Positions 37,247 to 45,511 are shown, counted from the first letter of the stretch. The stretch is 64,000 nt of DNA from Minisyncoccota bacterium (GCA_041661265.1 JBAZUT010000001.1:1854-65853); one strand, 5' to 3'. Made by a program: numbers and translations. Notes: generated by a model from the letters alone, not told the origin.

Positions 37247-38083
37247 TTAAAAGTTTATAAACCATTCTTTATTCACCTCTACAACTTCTTCCGTCTTGAG
37301 ATTAATTCCAATTTTGAGTTCTTTCATTTTTTCCACCAGTTCATCTCCTTCGATCAAATCAATAGGAGGCGCGCCATCTCTCGTCGCTTCTTGTTTGGCA
37401 TCCCGAGTAAATGTGCCAGTTGTAATAACCAGACCCTTGTCAGCTCGACCTACCATCGCACCTCTAAAATCTCGTATTTGTTGTGACGAGACACTTCCCG
37501 CATAACGTTTACATTGAAATATAATTCTAAAACTCAATAGGCCTCCAATTTTAATAATACCCCTCCCATCTATACCGCCATCACCCGAACGACCAGTAAC
37601 TTCTACTTGGACAAAACCTGATTCACGCAAAATTCTCTGACATAACCTCTCGAAAGCTTCCGGGCTCAGTTGCAAACATTGTTCAAGTAATTCTTCCTCC
37701 CAAAGTTTCGGCGCACCTTCCGGCTCAGTACCTTCTGCAACCTCCGCCTCAATTGAATCAGTTTCACGATCGATGGTTTTAACAAAATGATTCACAATAT
37801 TTTTGTCAACGCTATTCACCTCTCTTCCCTTGGTTGTAAGGGCCCATACTCCTCTTGATGAATTCTCCAATACACCAAAACGCTTCAAATAATTACGCGA
37901 CCAAGCAAGGCGATAACCAAGCTTGGTTCTGTTTCCCCGATGAATTTCATTAATTTCATCTTCGCTAAGTTTCAATAAATTAGCAACTTTTTCCTCAATT
38001 TCAGCAATAGAACCGGAGCCGCCAAGTTCATGCAAGGCTTTGATTACTGGATTAAATAAATTATCATAAGTTGGGATAGCCAT
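37247..38083 (-). CDS. mrr: Mrr-family restriction endonuclease (Mrr_N winged helix + Mrr_cat PD-(D/E)xK)
   Basis: N-terminal IPTYDNLFNPVIKALHELGG. Catalytic region GDGGIDGRGI...FQCKRYAGSVSSQQIRDFRGA...GLVITTGTFT. Confidence 0.8.
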   Translation of the reverse strand: MAIPTYDNLFNPVIKALHELGGSGSIAEIEEKVANLLKLSEDEINEIHRGNRTKLGYRLAWSRNYLKRFGVLENSSRGVWALTTKGREVNSVDKNIVNHFVKTIDRETDSIEAEVAEGTEPEGAPKLWEEELLEQCLQLSPEAFERLCQRILRESGFVQVEVTGRSGDGGIDGRGIIKIGGLLSFRIIFQCKRYAGSVSSQQIRDFRGAMVGRADKGLVITTGTFTRDAKQEATRDGAPPIDLIEGDELVEKMKELKIGINLKTEEVVEVNKEWFINF

Positions 38084-38283
38084 AATGAATTAGTTTAATT
38101 GTTTTCGCGAATTCTACCACTTAAAAGTTACCAATAAAGGGTTTTTATCTCACCCAAATTATACTTCATTTATATTGATATTACAAGAAAATCCAGCCTT
38201 TCGGCTGGATTTACTTAAATCCCCTTTTTCAAGGGTAAGAACCAAAATATGCGCATTCCCTGCCCTATAATTATTCAAAACTA

Positions 38284-38715
38284 TCAAGCCTTCTCCGGCT
38301 TGCTCTTTATTCTATTCCTGCATTTCTTGCTTCCGCATTTGCATTTCATTTTCAAACCGACTATAGATTCTTCGGAAAAATTGATCGTGATCTCTTCGCC
38401 TTTTTTGATATCCCTGGAAGCGATATCACGGGCATTTTTCGCGAATGTGTTTGCATCGCAGGAATGATTTAGATATTTCCCAGGAGACGTCGGAATGATA
38501 TATTTTCCTTTGTAGTAATAGACATTTTTTCTGATCGGATCCGGAAGATCCGGAATGTCTTCTTTTTTCACTTGACTCTTCAAGTCCCACTCGATGACAA
38601 CTTCCCCTTTTTTGAAATCGCGCGCCGCAAACACGCCCTTGCCAAGTATCTTTGATCTCTTCACTATCCAATCTTTGTGCCTGGAAGGATCTTTTCCTAC
38701 TGATGTTTTTTTCAT
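38284..38715 (-). CDS. SET-domain protein (putative lysine methyltransferase) with post-SET Cys cluster
   Basis: GKGVFAARDFKKGEVVIEW, NHSCDAN, post-SET CKCGSKKCR. Confidence 0.8.
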   Translation of the reverse strand: MKKTSVGKDPSRHKDWIVKRSKILGKGVFAARDFKKGEVVIEWDLKSQVKKEDIPDLPDPIRKNVYYYKGKYIIPTSPGKYLNHSCDANTFAKNARDIASRDIKKGEEITINFSEESIVGLKMKCKCGSKKCRNRIKSKPEKA

Positions 38716-38750
38716 TCAATTAATTTTAACTGGTTACAAAACAGTTCCCA

Positions 38751-38818
38751 CTATGAGACGAGATAAAGTATGGGATTGCCGGCACTGTGTCGTGTATCAA
38801 AATGACAGTCTTAATTTA
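38751..38818 (+). repeat. partial copy of the interspersed repeat family (GAGATAARGYATGGGATTGCC...CAAAATGACAG)
   Basis: Aligns to 39786-39852. Confidence 0.45.
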
Positions 38819-38908
38819 TATACCTTCTACCCCCAACAAATCTCCCTCAATCCCTCTTTTCCAAAGAGGGAAATTACTAGGAAAGAAAAAACCAACGAAT
38901 ACCGGATT

Positions 38909-39712
38909 TCATTTCTTTGGCTTGTTCAGCTCCCCCACCTTCCCGATCACAAATCTTATAAACTCCACCACCTCTTTCTGCCGTTTCATCTCCTGACCAT
39001 AGCGCCAAGCCTCGGCTTCTTCGATCAGGTTTTTCCATTCGCCAAATTCATTCTTAATCCAAGCGGCGGATTTCGGCTTGGAAGCAAGTTTCCCAGTCAA
39101 GATCGTATAGAGGATCCGGCACAGGTGCAACACGAGATAGGACTGCTGGTGCGGATCGTTCAGATATGCCGTGTCCTTTATTTTCGGCTCCCATTCCTCG
39201 AACAAGTCTCGTATGCGAGCTTCGATTAAATCTTTGCTTTCAATCCGTTTCTTGATGAGCGTTTTGAACTCCGGACCGATAAGCGCAATTCCATCGTGAA
39301 CAAGAACATACTGATCAATGATCCATTCGTTTCCATATTTCGCCATGGGACAAAATTTTCCCGCTCCGAAATAGGGCCGTCCTTCTTTGGGCGGAAGAAT
39401 GTTTTCAAGCATGAAAAGTGAAATATATGAGCACTCGATCCTTTTGGCCCATCTTGGGAATTTTTTCTCCGCGTCAATGTGCAATTGTTTCACTTTTTGG
39501 ATCTTTTCGCCAGGCGCCGGATTTTTCAGAACGACCGCAAGATCGATGTCGCTCCGCTCTTTGTTGAAATCGCCATAGGATAGAGATCCGGTGAGATAGA
39601 TCCCGACCAGATCATCGGCAAAAATATTCTGAATCCCCTCTGTCAAAAAGCAGAGTACATTGTTGATGACCTTGTGCGGCGTCGCTTTTTTGATGTGTTC
39701 AAGATTTTCCAT
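38909..39712 (-). CDS. aminoglycoside nucleotidyltransferase-like protein (ANT(3'')/AadA fold: NTase domain + DUF4111-like C-terminus)
   Basis: GIYLTGSLSYGDFNKERSDIDLAVVL NTase motif (GS...D.D), length 267 aa as AadA. Confidence 0.7.
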   Translation of the reverse strand: MENLEHIKKATPHKVINNVLCFLTEGIQNIFADDLVGIYLTGSLSYGDFNKERSDIDLAVVLKNPAPGEKIQKVKQLHIDAEKKFPRWAKRIECSYISLFMLENILPPKEGRPYFGAGKFCPMAKYGNEWIIDQYVLVHDGIALIGPEFKTLIKKRIESKDLIEARIRDLFEEWEPKIKDTAYLNDPHQQSYLVLHLCRILYTILTGKLASKPKSAAWIKNEFGEWKNLIEEAEAWRYGQEMKRQKEVVEFIRFVIGKVGELNKPKK

Positions 39713-39780
39713 TTATATTTTCTATTATAATCCCGGTGTATTGCGAAGGACAGCAGTGCTTCCGATATCCATCGGAACAA

Positions 39781-39852
39781 GCTCCGCTAGATGAGATAAG
39801 GCATGGGATTGCCACGCTCTCCGCCCCAGGCGGATCGCTCGCAATGACAGAA
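39781..39852 (+). repeat. interspersed MITE-like repeat copy (GATAAGGCATGGGATTGCCACGCTC...TCGCTCGCAATGACAG)
   Basis: Matches the reverse complement of 55430-55506 and 38751-38818. Confidence 0.55.
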
Positions 39853-39881
39853 TTGGTACGACCAGCTCCCGTTTGGAGGCC

Positions 39882-40523
39882 CTATTCCTTATCACAAACT
39901 TCTCTGTTATTAATATGTCTTAAGGATTCTATAATTATTTGTAACGATGAACGAATAACAATAAGAGCTATAATAAAGCCAATGGTGATATCCGGCCATA
40001 TAGAATTAAAATGCGCCACCAAAAAGCCGGCTGCGATGACACCAACATTCGCCAGCATATCATTGCGAGAACAGAGCCACGATGACCTGACATTTAGATC
40101 TGTCGACCTGTGCTTATAAAGCAAGATAAAAGAGACAGCATTTGCCATTAATGCCGCAAAGCCTATGATAGTGATCGTTCCGGCAGTTGGAACAACAGGA
40201 TTAATAATTTTGAATATGATTTCGGCAAAAACAAAAACTCCCAGGAGAAGCATTATGATACCCTTTGCAAGAGACCCCTTGGCTCGGACAGAAGGATGTT
40301 TCGACATTACCGCAATAGTAATCCCATAAATAAAAGCATCCCCGAGCATATCAAGAGAATCGGCAAGCAGAGAATTCGAATGTGCTATAAAACCGCCAAT
40401 TATTTCTACAAAAAACATCCCAAAGTTAATTAAAAACACTATGATCAAAACCGTTTTAATATTTTTATTCCCGGAATTTTCTAAGTTAATAGCGCAACAA
40501 TCATCTCCATGATCTTTTTGCAT
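39882..40523 (-). CDS. cation diffusion facilitator (CDF) family metal efflux transporter (TM domain only)
   Basis: HSNSLLADSLDMLGDAFIYGI signature, 6 TM segments. Confidence 0.8.
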   Translation of the reverse strand: MQKDHGDDCCAINLENSGNKNIKTVLIIVFLINFGMFFVEIIGGFIAHSNSLLADSLDMLGDAFIYGITIAVMSKHPSVRAKGSLAKGIIMLLLGVFVFAEIIFKIINPVVPTAGTITIIGFAALMANAVSFILLYKHRSTDLNVRSSWLCSRNDMLANVGVIAAGFLVAHFNSIWPDITIGFIIALIVIRSSLQIIIESLRHINNREVCDKE

Positions 40524-40661
40524 ATTTTATTTGGATTATAAAGATTAGAGGATGCTAAATACTTTTTAAAATAATTCATCTCTAGGACTTTCCTTTCGCC
40601 CAAATTATAAGCTATTTGTGCCATTTTTACAAGAGAATAAGATAAAAAAATAGAGAAGCGT

Positions 40662-41057
40662 TCAGCTTCCCTTTCGGAAAAATATCGTATGCGAAGGCCT
40701 TCCGCATCCAGAATATTGATATTGGCGCTTGGAGCTGAGCTCCATTGCGATCTTTGCCCCTTCTGTTTCGACTAATTCTTCGAGTATTTTGCGGGCTCTT
40801 TCCGGCTTGCCCGCCACAAACGCTTTTGAGATCTTCTCAATCGCATCTTTGTATGCCTCATCCCGCCTTTTCTCTTCCTCCTCAAGGCGCTGTTTTTCCG
40901 CGATCTTCATTTCTTCTGTCATTTTCGCGATTACCTTATCGAGTTCGGACTCGTGTTCGGGCGCTTTCGGATAGACCCATTTCGTTTTTGCGTCCTTCTT
41001 TTCGATCTTTTCATCGCCCGTTCCCGCGCCGATCTCGCTTGGAATCCTGTCTTCCAT
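40662..41057 (-). CDS. hypothetical charged helical protein
   Basis: ORF only. Confidence 0.4.
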   Translation of the reverse strand: MEDRIPSEIGAGTGDEKIEKKDAKTKWVYPKAPEHESELDKVIAKMTEEMKIAEKQRLEEEEKRRDEAYKDAIEKISKAFVAGKPERARKILEELVETEGAKIAMELSSKRQYQYSGCGRPSHTIFFRKGS

Positions 41058-41191
41058 TTATTTTCCTCCGTTAATCCATGCTAGCGCAATAATATTGGAA
41101 GGTCAATAGGATTATGGACGCGAGGCTGAACGGATCTCACGGATTCCGCAGGAGGCCGCCATATGTGATGATTATTGTTTCTTGATCCCTA

Positions 41192-41335
41192 TTATTCGAT
41201 ATCTTTCGGCCGGAAGCTGTCTTGCGGGCATTGATTCGCGTCCTTTTCCGCCTCCACTTCATGGCCGAAACAATCCCCCTTGGTTGAATCGTCTTCATCG
41301 GCTTTGTAAAATTGGCAGTCTCTGCATACTGGCAT
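41192..41335 (-). CDS. 47-aa CxxC/C...C mini-protein (copy 1), not in ORF track
   Basis: MPVCRDCQFYKADEDDSTKGDCFGHEVEAEKDANQCPQDSFRPKDIE. Paralog at 42197-42343. No SD, so coding status uncertain. Confidence 0.35.
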   Translation of the reverse strand: MPVCRDCQFYKADEDDSTKGDCFGHEVEAEKDANQCPQDSFRPKDIE

Positions 41336-41442
41336 AGTTTTATATAAAAGATTAATTAACGAAAATATTTATTATACCGATAACTTTGGATTATTTTCAT
41401 CGTTCTTTTTCATTCGCGCTTTCACAAATTAACAGCCGCTTA

Positions 41443-41952
41443 CTACAACACTTTCTCAAGCTTGCGCAGAGACTGCTTCCAACCCTCCTTCATTTTGAAT
41501 AGATCGTCGGAGCTGATTCCGCCGACATCGGGGCATTGCAGAGTAAGTTTCGTGTCTCCATCTTCCTCTTTGAATGTAACCGCTATCATCATTTCCAAAG
41601 GGAAATTTTCGTTCATTCCATAATATGAAGCAGGAACTTTATTCCCTTTTTCGTCAGTGAAAGAATCGATCATCACGATCTTTCCCTGCTGCATCGAATC
41701 CGGCGACGAAATGTCACGGAAGACTCCACCTCTCCAAAAATCCCGTTCCTTTCCGCCGGGACTGTTGACTCCGCGAATACAATAAAGATATTTTCCCCCG
41801 ACGCGGAGATCAATTTCGATATGTGTCGCAACAAAACCATCGGGTCCCCACCATTTTTTGATCTGATTCTTATGCGTCCACGCCTTCCACACTTTTGCAG
41901 GCGGAGCATTGAATTGATAGGTCACAATAAGATCGCTTTTTTCAATTGCCAT
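41443..41952 (-). CDS. AHSA1/SRPBCC-domain protein (activator of Hsp90 ATPase homolog-like fold)
   Basis: VWKAWTHKNQIKKWWGPDGF...GG...GW pattern. Confidence 0.65.
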   Translation of the reverse strand: MAIEKSDLIVTYQFNAPPAKVWKAWTHKNQIKKWWGPDGFVATHIEIDLRVGGKYLYCIRGVNSPGGKERDFWRGGVFRDISSPDSMQQGKIVMIDSFTDEKGNKVPASYYGMNENFPLEMMIAVTFKEEDGDTKLTLQCPDVGGISSDDLFKMKEGWKQSLRKLEKVL

Positions 41953-42196
41953 ATTATTTTATGATTATTTATCCGGAATGTTTTCTTGGATATTGTTCGA
42001 TCAATGCATGAAGACCGGAAAATCCTGCTTTGATCTAATCATATTATAATCAAAACTTCCGGGCAAAAAAACTATGCACACAGAGAAAAGCAAACGGATC
42101 GCCGCGCTTTTTCCAGTTTATCCCGAGCTTATCGAAGGGTCGAAGGACTCGAAGCGGCAGAGCGGGCAATCAATGTGGTTATTGCTTTTTTGATCC

Positions 42197-42343
42197 CTAT
42201 TCTTCGATATCTTTTGGCTGGAAGCTCTCTTGCGGACAATAGTTCGCGTCCTTTTCCGCCTCCACTTCATGGCCGAAACAATCCCCCTTGGCCGAATCGT
42301 CTTCGTAGGCTTTATAAAATTTGCAATCTTTGCATGCTGGCAT
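42197..42343 (-). CDS. 48-aa CxxC/C...C mini-protein (copy 2)
   Basis: MPACKDCKFYKAYEDDSAKGDCFGHEVEAEKDANYCPQESFQPKDIEE, embedded in a ~190-bp block duplicated from 41150-41340. Confidence 0.35.
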   Translation of the reverse strand: MPACKDCKFYKAYEDDSAKGDCFGHEVEAEKDANYCPQESFQPKDIEE

Positions 42344-42400
42344 AGTTTTTTCATTATAAATTAATTTGGAAATACTGTTTACTTTATAGCTTTGATTAAA

Positions 42401-42889
42401 TTATTTTTGCAGCTCGATCCTCTTTTCCGTCGTCAGGATCTTGACTATCCTGACAGAGACCGCCTGCGAGGAGTCGTATTCTTTCGGAAAATTATTGAGA
42501 TTGAAATAGATCGCATAAAATCCCGTGGGAATATTCTCGAAAAGCGCGGCCCCCGCGTCGTCCGTTTCCATCATGTAGTATTTGTTGGCTCCCGGAACAG
42601 TCCCCAAATCAACTTCCACCTTTGCCATCGGCTTCCCTCCGGCCGTGACCATCACTTTCAAATTTCCCGAATCTTCGGGTTTTTTGAACGCGGAGCAGGA
42701 ATTTGTCTGGATTTCGCAAAGGACGGTTCCTTGGGGCTTCTCTTTTCCATCGACCGGCGCCTTGGCCCCGTTATTCTGGAGAAGATACAGCTGTTTTGTT
42801 ATATTCGTGTCAGCGCCATTATTGAGGGCGAAGTATCCTCCCACGAAGATCAAAGTTGCAGAAAGGAATCCCAGAAGAAATTGTTTCAT
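42401..42889 (-). CDS. secreted protein (hypothetical)
   Basis: N-terminal signal peptide. Confidence 0.5.
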   Translation of the reverse strand: MKQFLLGFLSATLIFVGGYFALNNGADTNITKQLYLLQNNGAKAPVDGKEKPQGTVLCEIQTNSCSAFKKPEDSGNLKVMVTAGGKPMAKVEVDLGTVPGANKYYMMETDDAGAALFENIPTGFYAIYFNLNNFPKEYDSSQAVSVRIVKILTTEKRIELQK

Positions 42890-42896
42890 ATGTTTA

Positions 42897-43457
42897 TTAT
42901 AGATTTAAAGGGTTCTTGGGGGTGGAATTGGTTTTGAATATATCCACGCTGCCGCCGGAATTCAAGAGTTCTTCCCGCGCGATTTTCTGAAGTTTCATTT
43001 CCAGGGGGCGGATGTCATGCGCCCGGATGCGCAACTGGACATTCAAAGGAAAGATCTTTTTGACGTCTTCCGCATATCGGGATCCGTCGCTTGGCGCTTC
43101 AAAAGAGAACATGCTCGGATCATAGTTCTCCGTCAAGCCGGAATAGTTTATCTTCACAGGCCCGGAAGAACCGCTTATGATCTTCAGGGCGCCGCTTTCC
43201 ATCGACAGTTCTTCGCACAGCGCCCAGACATACACGGGGAAAGATTCGCGTCCGGGATCCAAATTCTCGATCTCACAATAGTTGCGGCTGTTCGCCTGAT
43301 TTTTCCAGCTGAAATAACTCCGGGTCAGAAGATAATTATTTATGGCTTTTTCCAGGTTGCTGTTCCCGAAACCGGAATACATCCGGACATATAGCAAAGC
43401 CATCGCGCATATTGCGATCGGGATGGCAGCTAATAATATGACCTTTTGCCTGGACAT
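42897..43457 (-). CDS. secreted protein (hypothetical)
   Basis: N-terminal signal anchor. Confidence 0.5.
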   Translation of the reverse strand: MSRQKVILLAAIPIAICAMALLYVRMYSGFGNSNLEKAINNYLLTRSYFSWKNQANSRNYCEIENLDPGRESFPVYVWALCEELSMESGALKIISGSSGPVKINYSGLTENYDPSMFSFEAPSDGSRYAEDVKKIFPLNVQLRIRAHDIRPLEMKLQKIAREELLNSGGSVDIFKTNSTPKNPLNL

Positions 43458-43487
43458 GGTTGTTGATATTTTATCTTATGGAACAAA

Positions 43488-44252
43488 TTAAGCTAATTCC
43501 TGCGACGGCATTCTTTCCACGACCGGATCATCAAAATCGCTGTTGTTGATGGCTATATCCGCTTTTTCTTTCGGGTTCGCGTTTTTGAAATATAATTTCT
43601 GCCCGGGGATATAACGTTTTTCGTATTTATCTGTGATATTGCTATCCGTCCCCAGATATTTTTTATCCTTTGTCCTCTTGCGAACTCTTTCCAGTGTGAT
43701 CTCAAAAGGAACATCGAGAAATATTTTCAGGTCCCAAAAAGAAAAAAGTTCCGGCCTGAAAAGGAATATCCCGTCGAAGATCAATATTGAATCTTTTTGG
43801 GCTTTTTCCGGCGACGAATCCGATTCCTTGTCGCTCATATAGTCGAATATGCCTTTTCTGTATTCCATCGGCCCGTTCGACCCGAGGGGTTCAAGCAAAT
43901 TATCAATCAACGCCCGGTTATCGAATGAACCAAAATAGTAGCCTTCGGGAGAATATTCCCCTTTCTGATATCTCACTTGTTTCGCGTTATGAAATTTATC
44001 GATCGATGCTCTGATGATCTGCCTTTTCGTCCTTTTGAGATGATCCGCAAGATCATCGGCAAACACGGTCTTTCCCGATCCATCAACGCCGTCTATCGCG
44101 ACCCTGGCGGGATGGCTCAAATTGATATCCCTGATCTTTTTCTCCAGAAGTTTGAAAATATTCTTTCTTTCCATAAATTTATCATGCTTTTTAAAATAGT
44201 TCCGGAGCTTCTTCCTGCGATCAGTTACCGGAAATATCCGGTGCGAATACAT
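43488..44252 (-). CDS. P-loop kinase, uridine kinase/phosphoribulokinase-like
   Basis: Walker A IDGVDGSGKTVFA. Confidence 0.5.
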   Translation of the reverse strand: MYSHRIFPVTDRRKKLRNYFKKHDKFMERKNIFKLLEKKIRDINLSHPARVAIDGVDGSGKTVFADDLADHLKRTKRQIIRASIDKFHNAKQVRYQKGEYSPEGYYFGSFDNRALIDNLLEPLGSNGPMEYRKGIFDYMSDKESDSSPEKAQKDSILIFDGIFLFRPELFSFWDLKIFLDVPFEITLERVRKRTKDKKYLGTDSNITDKYEKRYIPGQKLYFKNANPKEKADIAINNSDFDDPVVERMPSQELA

Positions 44253-44392
44253 TCCTCCTGCTTAAATTATATTCCAACATCACCCATACTACAAGGAGAT
44301 CAAGCTAAAAGGATTGCCTATTCAATAAGGCATGTTTTATTCTCATCGGATTTCTTTTGAAGCCCCCGAGTAGAGAAAAAAAGAAAGGTGAG

Positions 44393-44881
44393 TTAATCAC
44401 CTTCGTATACATAGTTTTCCACTGTTTTTACAAGAACTATTTTTATTTCCGGTTTATAATCGTGCGCTTTCTGGTGCGAGGACCTGTAGGCCCGCGCAAA
44501 ATCATTTGCATCCTCTCTTGTTTTACATACAAATGTTCTATTATCCAAACCGGACGAGCTTATTCCGAATACCGACAAGCAACTGATATGCGCATAGCCG
44601 TTTTCAGCGCCCGATACCCTCAATACACTACCATCGAATTGTACGGCGATTATTTTAGCATTAAGCAGCAAGTCGCAGACCTGGCAAAAAAGATCTTTCT
44701 CTTTCATATTCGTTTCTTTTTCGATTTCTTTGCGTGGGACATAAAGCGGCGAATTGGTTCGCCTTATTTCATACCCTATGATCAGGTCGGTTAACACCTC
44801 CCAATCGCCTTTTTCAATTATTCCTTTTACAATTTCTTCGGCTGTTTTTTCTCCGGTTATTCCCATTTTCTTTCTTCTCAT
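44393..44881 (-). CDS. hypothetical protein
   Basis: GGAGG-N6-ATG (MRRKKMG...). Confidence 0.45.
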   Translation of the reverse strand: MRRKKMGITGEKTAEEIVKGIIEKGDWEVLTDLIIGYEIRRTNSPLYVPRKEIEKETNMKEKDLFCQVCDLLLNAKIIAVQFDGSVLRVSGAENGYAHISCLSVFGISSSGLDNRTFVCKTREDANDFARAYRSSHQKAHDYKPEIKIVLVKTVENYVYEGD

Positions 44882-44943
44882 TTCATTCCTCCAAAAAAAT
44901 TCGTATTCAAACTCTAGCAAATGTTCACGCTGGTGTCAATTTA

Positions 44944-44961
44944 ATATATATATATATATAT
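44944..44961. repeat. (AT)9 dinucleotide microsatellite in divergent intergenic region
   Basis: atatatatatatatatat immediately upstream of a TTGACA -35 on the minus strand. Confidence 0.8.
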
Positions 44962-45119
44962 CAACTCATTGTTAATTTGAATATGCAAAAAAAGAAGACG
45001 GCTAGGGATTCTTAGGCGTCCGCAATGCTTCCGAATGCCCTGACGGGGAAAATTGTTTTGAACTTGACCCAAAGACAGCGTTCTTATAAGATGAATATAC
45101 AATTGCCAAGGAGGCTTCA

Positions 45120-45377
45120 ATGTTAGAAAAAGATCCGGAAGGGTTGTTCGCTGTCCTGTTTTGCTCCAACATAGAGCATTGCGGCGAAATAATTATTGAA
45201 AAAAGACGGAAGGGGGAAGTTCCTATTATCAAAGTCAGATCTGATCATTGTTTGACCAACTTCGAAAAATCCGGCAATGGACCGTTTATTCAAATGGTCC
45301 CCGATAGTGTCAAGATCTTCCCGAAAAAGTTCGGATACACTATGAAAAGATCCGGTGAGTATGTTATTTTCCGATAA
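45120..45377 (+). CDS. hypothetical protein
   Basis: AAGGAGG RBS. Hairpin AACCCC..GGGGTT-T7 terminator at 45384-45409. Confidence 0.45.
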   Translation: MLEKDPEGLFAVLFCSNIEHCGEIIIEKRRKGEVPIIKVRSDHCLTNFEKSGNGPFIQMVPDSVKIFPKKFGYTMKRSGEYVIFR

Positions 45378-45383
45378 ATTTCC

Positions 45384-45409
45384 AAACCCCAAAAATCAGG
45401 GGTTTTTTT
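45384..45409 (+). terminator. rho-independent terminator
   Basis: AACCCC-aaaaatca-GGGGTT + TTTTTTT. Confidence 0.6.
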
Positions 45410-45511
45410 ATGGCGAGAAGTCCAGTCTTTCAAGGCGATCTTCATTCTCCTTATTGACATCATCAATATTCCGTCTTATTCTTCAAATACCCCAAAAAGG
45501 GAGGAGAACAA

